From the NCBI GenBank assembly GCA_963662285.2, contig CAXXMV010000006.1:768001-832000 (forward strand): a stretch of 64,000 bases of DNA. The letters are read 5' to 3'. Shown here piece after piece: positions 37,395 to 46,629 of the stretch. How positions within the stretch are numbered: the first letter of the stretch is position 1; the number at the start of each line of letters is the position of its first letter. A program made the translations under genes and the position numbers. The DNA is from a bacterium. GTDB taxonomy: Bacteria > Hinthialibacterota > Hinthialibacteria > Hinthialibacterales > Hinthialibacteraceae. The notes under the pieces were generated by a model. That model saw nothing but the letters and a program-made list of their open reading frames with translations, had not been told where the DNA came from and ran no database searches.

Positions 37395-38253
37395 CAACCA
37401 TAGAGATATAAATATTGATAAATTAGTACGCAGCGCATTTGAAGAACCGACGCCGCAAGAGGTTCAATCTGATTTGCGAAAACAGATGCGTATATTTGCT
37501 GAGGAGTTGGAAGAAGAATCTAATACTGCTAGTAGTTTCTCATGGTTTGGATCATTGGAGTGGTGGAATTCAACTCAGGGAAAGATTGCCTTCGCCGTTT
37601 TATCGGCCTGTATCCTGGTCGCTTTATATACTGTGCAAGTAACCATGCCCGGCTACGCCTTCGCTTCATCTTTGGATACCATTCGAGTTGCTAAAGAGAC
37701 GCGGGATAGCATCAATTCAGTTCAAAGTATGCGTTGCGATTTCGTATATGATTTTTTAGGCAAAGAGAAGAAGCCATCTTTTGTATTATTCTGGAACAAA
37801 CAACGCCATATTTTATTATTAGCCCGTCATCCAGAAAAATTCACCTATAAATCTATCTTTGAAATGCGCGACAAAGATGTAATAAATAACTCAATCGAAG
37901 AGTTCGGCGGATTGTTTGAAAATTCATCCCTTTTTGTTGAACAGGCCTCAACTATTCTGGCGGATTTCTCCGCTCCAGACCGCATCATCGAGCAATTACT
38001 GGGCGCCTGGAAAAATGCGTCTAATCATAATGAATATAATAATGAGTCACTGAAATTCAAATACGTCAATCCCGAAAAATTAGGCATCTATAAGATACAC
38101 ATCAATAAAGACACTTTCCTGCCTGTCGAATTAAATAATTATTACGACCGCGCCCAGGAGCAAGATGTTATGGATATCGCATATTGGCAAATCCACTTTA
38201 AATGGAATACGCCATTAAATCTAGAATTATCAAATATGGAGGTTATACAATGA
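37384..38253 (+). CDS. Putative single-pass anti-sigma factor
   Basis: Overlaps the ECF gene; short cytoplasmic N-terminus, one TM, extracytoplasmic domain. Confidence 0.6.
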   Translation: MKNDNHRDINIDKLVRSAFEEPTPQEVQSDLRKQMRIFAEELEEESNTASSFSWFGSLEWWNSTQGKIAFAVLSACILVALYTVQVTMPGYAFASSLDTIRVAKETRDSINSVQSMRCDFVYDFLGKEKKPSFVLFWNKQRHILLLARHPEKFTYKSIFEMRDKDVINNSIEEFGGLFENSSLFVEQASTILADFSAPDRIIEQLLGAWKNASNHNEYNNESLKFKYVNPEKLGIYKIHINKDTFLPVELNNYYDRAQEQDVMDIAYWQIHFKWNTPLNLELSNMEVIQ

Positions 38254-38696
38254 AAACTTTTTTTATTATCGGAGAACTGCTTTTTATCGGATTGATTGCA
38301 GCGGGAATAACTTTAGGTGGTAATATGCTGAATTTTTATGATATACCAAGCATCATTATCATGGTCGGCGGATCATTCAGCATGGCTTTAATGAGCTTCT
38401 CATGGAGTGAAATCAAAACGGCCCATAGCCATGCATTTGGCGGAGAAGGGAATCGTGAGGTATTGGAGAAATCGGCCTATTTTTGGGAATGCATGATTCG
38501 CAATTTGTTTCTGTTAGGCATTCTCGTATCTATTATCGGAATTGTTCAAATGCTGGATAGTTTGGAAAATCCTGACAACATTGGCGCTTGTTTGGCTGTA
38601 GCTTTATTAACAGTTTTTTATGGATTTCTATTCAGCGCCATATTGCCGATACCCGCATACTTCAGATTGAGAAAACGTTTATTAGAGAATGAATAA
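38250..38696 (+). CDS. Mini MotA/PomA-like membrane protein (copy 1)
   Basis: GG...F-x-DIPSIIIMVGGS (MotA TM1-2) and GILVSIIGIVQML-x-x-L-x-NPDNIGACLAVALLT-x-FYG (TM3-4); ATGA overlap; GGAGG RBS. Confidence 0.75.
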   Translation: MKTFFIIGELLFIGLIAAGITLGGNMLNFYDIPSIIIMVGGSFSMALMSFSWSEIKTAHSHAFGGEGNREVLEKSAYFWECMIRNLFLLGILVSIIGIVQMLDSLENPDNIGACLAVALLTVFYGFLFSAILPIPAYFRLRKRLLENE

Positions 38697-38778
38697 TCAT
38701 AAATCAAAGTTTTGAATACACCTAAACCTTTGTTAATAAAGAGTACTCATACCAATCCGAAAATGTCGCGTAACAATG

Positions 38779-38814
38779 TCCCCTCTCCCCACGGGAGAGG
38801 GCTAGGGTGAGGGG
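38779..38814 (-). repeat. Family A REP unit
   Basis: CCCCTCTCCCCACGGGAGAGGGCTAGGGTGAGGGG. Confidence 0.75.
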
Positions 38815-38988
38815 TCATTTCAAATCACTTGTGTTACCCATTCCCGCATATTTTCGATTGAGGAAACGTTTGCTGAAGACCCAAGGATGGTTCAGCGCTT
38901 CACCGACCCATCAAAGAACCACCCACGATTTTACATCCCCTCTTACCACGGGTGATGAGGGAATTAAAAGAAATCAGGAGAAAAAATA

Positions 38989-39504
38989 ATGAATAAAGCA
39001 AAAATATTCGGTTACAGTCTTTTCATATTCCTAATATCATTCGCAATTTATTTAGGTGGTAATTCTTTGGCCTTTGTTGATGTTTCAACCTTAATCATTG
39101 TCATCGGCGGCAGTTTTGCCATTTCGGTGGCATGCGGCGGAGTCTTCACGCGAACATCGACATTGAAAGAACGTCAATTCAGGTGGCAAACTGTTACTCT
39201 ATCAGTTGTAATAATGACTTTGATCGGCGTCTCAATCGGAATTGTTATGCTGCTTAGTAATTTAACTTCACCTGATAGCGTCGGTCCTGCAATGGCTATA
39301 TCGATTCTAACCTGCTTTACTGGTTTGATAATCCTGATTATGGTGGTTATCCCGAATTTGGATAAATGCACTAAAGAACTGGGTAACTACTGTGAAATAT
39401 CAATCGCCCGTATTGTATTGATTGGATTTCCGGTTATGTGCGTCTTTTTTACTTATTTAACGCTTACTATATTCATTGCTTCTTTAGGTTATTTGAAACA
39501 ATGA
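38989..39504 (+). CDS. Mini MotA/PomA-like membrane protein (copy 2)
   Basis: GG...FVDVSTLIIVIGGS and IGVSIGIVMLLSNLTSPDSVGPAMAISILT; AGGAG RBS. Confidence 0.7.
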   Translation: MNKAKIFGYSLFIFLISFAIYLGGNSLAFVDVSTLIIVIGGSFAISVACGGVFTRTSTLKERQFRWQTVTLSVVIMTLIGVSIGIVMLLSNLTSPDSVGPAMAISILTCFTGLIILIMVVIPNLDKCTKELGNYCEISIARIVLIGFPVMCVFFTYLTLTIFIASLGYLKQ

Positions 39505-39530
39505 TGTGATGAAACAAAATAGTGATAGTT

Positions 39531-39570
39531 CTTCGATATTGCCATCTTGCGCAATTCGGCAATATCGAAG
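39531..39570. terminator. Hairpin after mini-MotA operon
   Basis: CTTCGATATTGCC...GGCAATATCGAAG, perfect 13-bp stem; no clear U tract. Confidence 0.45.
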
Positions 39571-39618
39571 ATATCCATGTAATCGGTCAGGCTATTCAAC
39601 TAACCTTATGATTTTAGT

Positions 39619-39758
39619 CATAAGTCTTTCCAAACGTGGGCGGGCTATTGACAGAGCATCCAGCGCAGGGATGAAAGATGCCTACTCCTCTTTATCAATG
39701 ACAAAAACCTATTGATCAGTTAGAACTGAAACCGCTTCCCGGCAAGCTGTTTCCAACT
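39619..39758 (-). pseudogene. Remnant of DUF1778 (TacA-type) antitoxin
   Basis: Nucleotide similarity to 43056-43195 (e.g. GATCAGTTAGAACTGA...GCTTCCCGGCAAGCTGTTTCCA); two in-frame TAG stops; 5' half missing. Confidence 0.8.
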
Positions 39759-39955
39759 GTGAGGAGGTTTAAGAATTATCTTTCTTCATTTATTTCGTCA
39801 GTGGGTTTGTAATTCAAAAAAAATAGAAGTAATATTCGTTAATTATTTTAGTCAACTGTCATCCTAGACAAAAATTGATAAGTCAGAATCAATTCCACAA
39901 AATTATCGAATCCACTCCAGAATATGCTAGGAAATATGCAAAGGACATGAACGCG

Positions 39956-40510
39956 ATGGATAAAATTGTTCCTCAAAAAATGTTTTTCACTAAAGGGCTA
40001 GGCAATCACCGAAACAAACTTCAAAGTTTCGAGATGGCTCTACGCGATTGCGGAATAGAGACCTGTAATTTGGTAAACGTATCAAGCATTTTCCCGCCTG
40101 AATGTAAGATAATATCCAAAAAGGAAGGTTTGGCATTGCTTTCCCCTGGCCAAATTGCGTTTGTTGTAATGGCGCGTGAATGCACCAATGAGCCAAACAG
40201 AACGATGGCCGCCGCCATAGGCTTGGCTCAACCTCATAACAAGAAGCAATATGGATATATCAGCGAACACCATGGATTTGGAGAAACCTTAAAAAAAGCG
40301 TCTGATTTCGCGGAGGACCTGGCGGCAACCATGTTAGCGTCCACATTGGGCATTGAAATGGATCCTGATAAAGCTTGGAACGAACGCAAACAACTTTACA
40401 TCACCAGCGAGAATAGACAATTCACAAGCCGAAGTATTGCGCAATCGGCCAAAGGACATAAAGATGGTTTATGGACCACCGTTGTTGCTTGCGCTGTTTT
40501 CTTACTTTAA
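39956..40510 (+). CDS. pdaD: Pyruvoyl-dependent arginine decarboxylase
   Basis: SFEMALRD-x-GI-x-x-CNLVNVSSIFPP (Ser-Ser self-cleavage site), YGYISEHH and WTTVVA. Confidence 0.9.
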   Translation: MDKIVPQKMFFTKGLGNHRNKLQSFEMALRDCGIETCNLVNVSSIFPPECKIISKKEGLALLSPGQIAFVVMARECTNEPNRTMAAAIGLAQPHNKKQYGYISEHHGFGETLKKASDFAEDLAATMLASTLGIEMDPDKAWNERKQLYITSENRQFTSRSIAQSAKGHKDGLWTTVVACAVFLL

Positions 40511-40527
40511 AACTAGAGATTTCTCTT

Positions 40528-41595
40528 ATGAATCACGATTCGCTGTATAAAGATGCTCCTGATATCATTCCAAGTAAATTGCCGAAAGTAACATCAGTCT
40601 CTAACTTGGTAGATTTTATGGGGCATTTATCATTCGAGGCTCGCCGGGTTGAACAAGGCGCCAAGTTATTTAAAAAAATGGTGGATGAAAACGATACCAT
40701 TTGGCTGGGTATTGCAGGCGCTGGAATAGCTGGAGGAATGGGCGGCCTGGTCATTTCTCTGATGGAAAACGGATTTATTGATGTCATTTGTTCGACTGGC
40801 GCCCAGGTTTATCATGATCTGCATTTTGCGTTTGGCCTGCCGGTTAAAGCAATTCATCCTACATGCGACGATGATCTCCTTCGGCGCCATGGTGATACCC
40901 GGATCTATGATATAGGCATCAGAGAAAAAGAAACCCTGGAAGCGCAAGACGAAATCATACGGGATTTCGTCAAACAACGATACCAACAACTAGGCGACCA
41001 ACCCCTGTCAAGTTGGGAATTCAGTTATGAATTGGGGCAATGGGTGAATGATACGGCGCCCTATCCCGAACTCAGTTTTGTAGCGCAGGCAGCATCATTG
41101 GGCATACCCATTTTTTGGGATTCACATAGCAACCATTCTATTGCGATGAACCTGGTTCGAACCGACCAGGAAGGCTTCCCTATTCATCTCCACGCGCAAA
41201 AGGATATTTTTGATTCGGCGGCGGTCACTTTCTGTTCTGAAGGAACGGGATTTTTCGAATTGGGCGGCGGCGGTCCAAAAAATTTCATCCAACAGACCGG
41301 GCCTACGCTTAGCCAGATTCTCTCCGCTGATTACAAAGGAGCGGAAAGAGGATTGCAAATCGGAACCGCGGTTGAACGCGACGGCGGGTTATCGGGCTGC
41401 ACTTTTGGCGAGGCTGTCACATGGGGTAAATATAAATCGGATGATCCGGCTAAATTAATACAAATATGGGCGGAATACAGCCTTGTATTCCCGCTTATTA
41501 CCGCTTATGTTCTTGAACAAACTTCATCCAAAGAACCTAAAAACATTGTCCATCATATTCCCGAATTCATCGAAAAACTCAGAAGCGCTCTATGA
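40528..41595 (+). CDS. Deoxyhypusine-synthase-like protein (probable homospermidine synthase, SpeY-like)
   Basis: STGAQ-x-YHD-x-H, RIYDI, GGGGPKNFIQQ and DGGLSGCTFGEAVTWGK (catalytic Lys). Confidence 0.88.
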   Translation: MNHDSLYKDAPDIIPSKLPKVTSVSNLVDFMGHLSFEARRVEQGAKLFKKMVDENDTIWLGIAGAGIAGGMGGLVISLMENGFIDVICSTGAQVYHDLHFAFGLPVKAIHPTCDDDLLRRHGDTRIYDIGIREKETLEAQDEIIRDFVKQRYQQLGDQPLSSWEFSYELGQWVNDTAPYPELSFVAQAASLGIPIFWDSHSNHSIAMNLVRTDQEGFPIHLHAQKDIFDSAAVTFCSEGTGFFELGGGGPKNFIQQTGPTLSQILSADYKGAERGLQIGTAVERDGGLSGCTFGEAVTWGKYKSDDPAKLIQIWAEYSLVFPLITAYVLEQTSSKEPKNIVHHIPEFIEKLRSAL

Positions 41596-42455
41596 AAGAT
41601 TACTATAAAAAATTTCTTGGCGACGATATTGAACTTTCGTCATATGATCAATCGAAAGTTGTCGTGCTGCCTTTTGGATACGAGGGTGGGGTTTCTTATG
41701 GCAAAGGAACTGCTGAAGGACCGGACGCCATCCTTGATGCTTCAAGCCAATTGGAACTGTATGATGAAGTTATCAAAGCAGAGCCGTATAAAATCGGAAT
41801 TTACACTGTAGAGCCGCCCGCCATTCCCGATACTCCAGAAGAGATGGTAGAGACGCTTTATCAATTCGTCCAACCTATTCTTTCCAAGGACAAACTGGTC
41901 GCGCTGGTGGGGGGCGACCACTCGATAACGCTTGGTTACTACAAGGCCTTACTCAAAAAACATGGCCGATTATCTGTAATACAACTGGATGCTCATGCTG
42001 ATTTGCGCCATGAATACTTAGGCTCACCGTTAAGTCATGCCTGCATTATGTCGCGCATTCGCGAGTTTACCTCTGATACTCTGCAAATCGGCATCCGCAG
42101 TCTCTCTTATGAAGAGTCAAAGCGAATCCAGCCAGAACGCATTAACCTTTGTACAATGCATGATTACCGCACAAAGCACTTCGATATCGATGCGGCGATC
42201 AAACAACTGCCCGATCCTGTTTTTATTACATTTGACGTTGATGTGATGGATTGGAGCGTTATCCGAAGCACCGGTACGCCGGAACCTGGCGGTTTCACTT
42301 GGGATGAATGCTTGAGTCTGTTAAACAAGATTTTCACCCGAAAAAATGTCGTCGGTTTTGACTTGGTTGAATACGCCTATGATCCAGCCGATGTGAACTC
42401 GGCGTTTGCGGCGGCGAAATTGCTTTACAAAATGATAACCTATAAGTTTTTCTGA
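41592..42455 (+). CDS. speB: Agmatinase
   Basis: GGDHSIT, DAHADLR, SHAC, TFDVD and TGTPEPGG ureohydrolase motifs. Confidence 0.93.
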   Translation: MKDYYKKFLGDDIELSSYDQSKVVVLPFGYEGGVSYGKGTAEGPDAILDASSQLELYDEVIKAEPYKIGIYTVEPPAIPDTPEEMVETLYQFVQPILSKDKLVALVGGDHSITLGYYKALLKKHGRLSVIQLDAHADLRHEYLGSPLSHACIMSRIREFTSDTLQIGIRSLSYEESKRIQPERINLCTMHDYRTKHFDIDAAIKQLPDPVFITFDVDVMDWSVIRSTGTPEPGGFTWDECLSLLNKIFTRKNVVGFDLVEYAYDPADVNSAFAAAKLLYKMITYKFF

Positions 42456-42515
42456 CATCCCGGTGGGCGCCAAGAGTAAACCATAGCCAAATTCAGACCA
42501 AAAACACTGGTCAGG

Positions 42516-43010
42516 CTATGTAACCAGACGTTTTATTTCTTTCATAATCAGAAACAGAAGATAGGGATTTGTCGGGCTGGCGTCAAAGTTGAAATATTGG
42601 TAAAAATCTTTTGCTTCCTTGTCCTTGGCGTGAACCAGCAAGGCTCTGATGCCCGCAATATCCGCCGCTTGCGCTGTGCGTTGCAGTGCGTTTTTAAGTA
42701 ACGCTTTCCCTAATCCCTGACCATGAAACTGGCTATCTACAGCTAAACGGGCCAGAATCATGACTGGAACGGGATATTTGGGCAATCCTTTTTTTATCCG
42801 TTCAGGGACATCCGGATGCAGGATGCTGCCAACTGTAAGGGAATAATAAGCCACGACTTGTTTTGCCTGGCAAGCGACATAGGTTTGAGAACTCTCTGCC
42901 TGTTGATTGATAAGGGCGAACTGTTTCAAAAAACGGTTGAGTTCTTCTTTTCCACAATCGAAAGTATCAACCTCATGTCTGGAGCATAATTTTTCTATTG
43001 GAGAGAACAT
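42516..43010 (-). CDS. GNAT-family toxin (TacT/AtaT-like)
   Basis: FDCG-x-x-ELN-x-FL, PVPVMILARLAVD, GQGLGKALL and LLVHAKD-x-x-A-x-x-FY; ATG 43010. Confidence 0.9.
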   Translation of the reverse strand: MFSPIEKLCSRHEVDTFDCGKEELNRFLKQFALINQQAESSQTYVACQAKQVVAYYSLTVGSILHPDVPERIKKGLPKYPVPVMILARLAVDSQFHGQGLGKALLKNALQRTAQAADIAGIRALLVHAKDKEAKDFYQYFNFDASPTNPYLLFLIMKEIKRLVT

Positions 43011-43027
43011 ATTGTTTATTTTATAGA

Positions 43028-43327
43028 TTATTGTTCCAATATAGTCTGTTCTTTCATAAGTTTTTCTAAACGCGGGCGTGCTTTTGGGGGAGCATCCAGC
43101 GCTGCCAGGAAAGCGCCCCACTCTTCTTTATCAAGGACAAATACCCGTTGATCAGTTAGAACTGATTCGGCTTCCCGGCAAGCTGTTTCCAGCATGAAAT
43201 CTGAGCGGGTTTTTCCTAGATATTCCGCTGCGCAATCTATCAAATCCCTTTGTTTTTCATGGGCGCGGATACTGATTTTGATATCGCGGGTATTTTTTGG
43301 ATAGGTTGTGGAATCTGATCGAGACAT
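43028..43327 (-). CDS. DUF1778 (TacA-like RHH) antitoxin
   Basis: ISIR...LID-x-AAE-x-LGKTRSDFM...AE-x-VL-x-DQR-x-F-x-L...F-x-AALDAPP. Confidence 0.92.
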   Translation of the reverse strand: MSRSDSTTYPKNTRDIKISIRAHEKQRDLIDCAAEYLGKTRSDFMLETACREAESVLTDQRVFVLDKEEWGAFLAALDAPPKARPRLEKLMKEQTILEQ

Positions 43328-43496
43328 AGTTTAAATTCCTTTCTCTATGATGTAGGATACTATTTATGTCCTGACATTGTCAATACATTTATTGCCCGGC
43401 TAAAAGATCGTTCCCCAAAAACGTGATTTACAAAAGATCGAAATCCCCTACAATATAGTACAGTCATTCATTCACGCAAAATTGGAGAACGAAAAA

Positions 43497-43730
43497 GTGA
43501 AAACTGGCGCTCAATTCATAACGGAATTTGAAAAACTTGCTCCAGAGGAAAAACAGATTGTGGTTGATTATGTTGTTTCCAGCGGGGATGGGATATTTAA
43601 GGAAACTGATTATTCTCCTGAAATAATGGCCGAAATTGAACACGATTTAGAAGAAGCCCGTCAGGGAATTAATGTGAGTCCAGAACTGGAAGGCGAAGAA
43701 GCGGTAAACTATCTGAGAAGATTACTGTAA
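43497..43730 (+). CDS. Small acidic protein, antitoxin-like
   Basis: GGAG before GTG 43497; L-x-PEEK...EEARQG pattern resembles addiction-module antitoxins; no toxin follows. Confidence 0.45.
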   Translation: MKTGAQFITEFEKLAPEEKQIVVDYVVSSGDGIFKETDYSPEIMAEIEHDLEEARQGINVSPELEGEEAVNYLRRLL

Positions 43731-43744
43731 ATCTGAGTGACTCA

Positions 43745-43811
43745 ATCAAGGGCTGACCGCAATGCGGTCTTGCCCTTGCCACCCATCCTGCATATCCTGA
43801 TTCAGACAAAA
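43745..43811 (+). repeat. Family B unit followed by a family D end
   Basis: ATCAAGGGCTGACCGCAATGCGGTCTTGCCCTTGCCACCC then ATCCTGATTCAGACA. Confidence 0.75.
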
Positions 43812-43823
43812 ATTCAAAAAGAC

Positions 43824-43854
43824 AAAAAAAGGCCGCTGAAAAATCAGCGGCCTT
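43824..43854 (-). terminator. Intrinsic terminator of fba
   Basis: AAAGGCCGCTGA-aaaa-TCAGCGGCCTTT hairpin with a T7 tail on the minus strand. Confidence 0.8.
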
Positions 43855-43889
43855 TGGTTTGTATGTTATGATAATCTAATGGCTTAGGC

Positions 43890-44924
43890 TCAGTATTTGG
43901 CGGCCATGTCGATCAGGGTTACGATCTTGATTTTGTCAGCGTTGCCAGCCTGTCCAAAAGCGATCATGCGGGCTTTGCAAACTTCCTTCATGGCGGCGCG
44001 GGCTGGAACCAGGTATGAACGTGGGTCGAATTCGGCTGGTTTTTCGGCGAATAGTTTGCGGATGGCGCCAGTGATGGCTAAGCGGTTGTCGGTATCGACG
44101 TTGATTTTGCGAACGCCGCTCTTGATTCCACGCTGGATTTCTTCAACCGGAACGCCATAGGCTTTCTTCATGTTGCCGCCATGACTGTTGATGATGTCAA
44201 CCAATTCTTCGGGAACAGATGAAGAACCGTGCATAACCAGGTGAGTGTTAGGCAGTACGGCGTGAATTTTCTCAATCTGAGTCATGGCCAGAACTTCACC
44301 GGTTGGTTTAGTGGTGAATTTGTATGCTCCGTGGCTGGTTCCGATGGCAACAGCTAATGCGTCTACGCCAGTCATTTCAACGAATTTTTTGGCTTCTTCA
44401 GGATCAGTCAACAACTGTGATTTGTCCAGAGCGCCTTCAAATCCATGTCCATCTTCTTTGTCGCCCATGCCGGTTTCGAGACTTCCCAGGCAGCCCAGTT
44501 CTCCTTCAACGCTAACGCCTTTGGCGTGAGCTTTGTTAACAACCTGCTTGGTGGTGTCGGCGTTGTATTCGAATGATGCAGGCGTCTTGCCATCTTCCAT
44601 CAATGAGCCGTCCATCATAACGCTGGTGAATCCCTGGTCGATAGCTGACGAACAGGTTTCAACGCTGTTGCCATGATCCAGGTGCATGCAGATAGGAAGG
44701 TTAGGATAAAGTTCGGCAGCTGCCAGCATCAGGTGACGCAGGTAGTTGTCGTTGGCATATTTGCGGGCGCCGCGGCTGGCTTGAATGATAACGGGTGAAT
44801 TGGTTTCATCAGCCGCTTCCATGATAGCCTGAATCTGCTCCATGTTGTTAACGTTAAGAGCCGCAATTCCATAATTGTTTTCAGCGGCGTGATCCAGCAT
44901 AATTCTCATCGGTACCAAAGGCAT
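43890..44924 (-). CDS. fba: Fructose-bisphosphate aldolase class II
   Basis: [38 protein letters not shown] and KINVDTD. Confidence 0.96.
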   Translation of the reverse strand: MPLVPMRIMLDHAAENNYGIAALNVNNMEQIQAIMEAADETNSPVIIQASRGARKYANDNYLRHLMLAAAELYPNLPICMHLDHGNSVETCSSAIDQGFTSVMMDGSLMEDGKTPASFEYNADTTKQVVNKAHAKGVSVEGELGCLGSLETGMGDKEDGHGFEGALDKSQLLTDPEEAKKFVEMTGVDALAVAIGTSHGAYKFTTKPTGEVLAMTQIEKIHAVLPNTHLVMHGSSSVPEELVDIINSHGGNMKKAYGVPVEEIQRGIKSGVRKINVDTDNRLAITGAIRKLFAEKPAEFDPRSYLVPARAAMKEVCKARMIAFGQAGNADKIKIVTLIDMAAKY

Positions 44925-45367
44925 CGTGTTAATCTCCTTTTTGTGTTTAAATAAAATAATTTAAGGACTTTTGTATATATTGAATTCGGTAAAGCGGATA
45001 TCCGAATTATTTACGTGGCTTATAGTATATAATAGTTTATCGCAGGATAAAGAAAAGCGGAATACCCTCATAAGAACCGCATAATAAAGTTTACTAATTT
45101 CTCACAATATTTTGCATAAATGTTATGAAAATGATAAAAAAGGTTGAAAAAGGATAAAAAATTTGACTTATTCCTTAATAAAATCTTGCTTTAGGTTCAG
45201 GAATATTGTATAACAAATCATATAGTTAAAATATATTATTGGATCAACCATCTCAAAACTGCTCTTTTTGCTGAGATGCAGATGATAAATTGAAGGATAT
45301 ATCGCGAAATATTATTATTGGACAGAACAGAATTGTATCAAAAATAGATTGAGTTGAATATTGGGTT

Positions 45368-46621
45368 ATGGACCAGAACATCTGTGCAGAAATAGTATCA
45401 AAACACGGGAAAGAGTCTTATTCCTTCTTTAATGAGCCAGTTCCGGTCAGTCAAGACGGATACAAAGCTCTCATGGAAGATATGATCCGTGAAGCTAAAC
45501 GGCTTGCCGGACTTCTGTCTGTATATATGGATGAGATTTCATTCGGACATTCAATTTCACAGATTAAGTTTATTGTTATATATGACTCGGAAACCTGCGA
45601 CGAGCATAACCTGAAATTTGATCAGGTTTTGCGTACTATCGGAACGCGAAATATTGTTGATACCGATTTTGTCTCGGTTGATCAGAAACTACTCGAAAAT
45701 TTCCCCAAATTTGATTGCTTGCTCAATCCCCAGTGGGTTATGGGGAAAAAATTAGAGATTCAACAACCTTCGTCAAACGAGATCCGCTTTTTTAATATTT
45801 CGATAGTGCTTGACCTTCTATGTAGTGGATTTCTGCGCGACTTCTTCCTGTGGGAAGTGGAACGTAAGATTAATACCCGCGAAGCTTTATGGAAATTAAA
45901 GCGGGTGCGGCGATTGGTAGATTTGGCGAAAACTATCCTCAAAAAAGAACCTGCCCGTTGGGCGAAATATATGGATACCGTACATTCCATGTGCGACAGT
46001 TGGTTCGAAATGGGGATTGAGCGTTACCGTATGCTGATGTGGACCGTGCGCGAGGGTATATGTATTCTGTTTGAAATCATTGCTGATATTAAAGAATATT
46101 TTGAACGGGCGCGCGTCGTCAATTTGAAACTGGATTCCAATGTTAACGCCCAGCATGCTTTGATCGTAACCGATAGAGTAGCAACTTATTTTATTGACGA
46201 TTGGAAAGCGGAAGAAGCTTTTGAAAAGATGATCTGGTGTCGGGAAAAACTGGGTCAGTTTATTACGGTGCTGCCAACATCATTCGCATTGCAACTATAT
46301 GAGTACACCAAAGGACATAACTCTTTCAGCAGGTATGTTAAATCATGCTTTGCAGTGGAAGGCATCAGCGGAAATATGGAGCGCTCCTATATCTCTCTGG
46401 AACGTTCAAAAATCCTCAATCATTATCTTAATTTTAAGATGAAACTTGGCTTATCCCTCGATGACGATACAATCTTCCATTGTAACCTGCGTGATGGATC
46501 AGCGCTGGCCAAAGCTACCAACATGATGAATGTTCAGAAGAACAAAGTCAGGTTGAAACGGGTGCAGCGCATCCTGCGTGGGGAAGAAGAACCATCAGTT
46601 GAACTAGTCGAGGAAGGTTAG
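45368..46621 (+). CDS. Hypothetical protein (possibly degenerate Pol-beta nucleotidyltransferase fold)
   Basis: Long ORF 8 bp before lysA; SVY-x-x-EISFGHSISQIKFIVIYD resembles G-x-x-x-PGISDxDxIV with the catalytic Asp residues lost. Confidence 0.55.
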   Translation: MDQNICAEIVSKHGKESYSFFNEPVPVSQDGYKALMEDMIREAKRLAGLLSVYMDEISFGHSISQIKFIVIYDSETCDEHNLKFDQVLRTIGTRNIVDTDFVSVDQKLLENFPKFDCLLNPQWVMGKKLEIQQPSSNEIRFFNISIVLDLLCSGFLRDFFLWEVERKINTREALWKLKRVRRLVDLAKTILKKEPARWAKYMDTVHSMCDSWFEMGIERYRMLMWTVREGICILFEIIADIKEYFERARVVNLKLDSNVNAQHALIVTDRVATYFIDDWKAEEAFEKMIWCREKLGQFITVLPTSFALQLYEYTKGHNSFSRYVKSCFAVEGISGNMERSYISLERSKILNHYLNFKMKLGLSLDDDTIFHCNLRDGSALAKATNMMNVQKNKVRLKRVQRILRGEEEPSVELVEEG

Positions 46622-46629
46622 AGTAATCC

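Noticed and set aside
38807-38989. 60-aa ORF as a real gene
   Set aside because: Starts inside a REP; only a 15-residue paralogue remnant is meaningful.
38250-39504. Zorya (ZorAB) or flagellar stator operon
   Set aside because: No MotB/ZorB, no long ZorA tail, and no zorCDE or flagellar genes nearby.
39506-39715. 69-aa + strand ORF
   Set aside because: Covers a hairpin and the antisense of the DUF1778 remnant.
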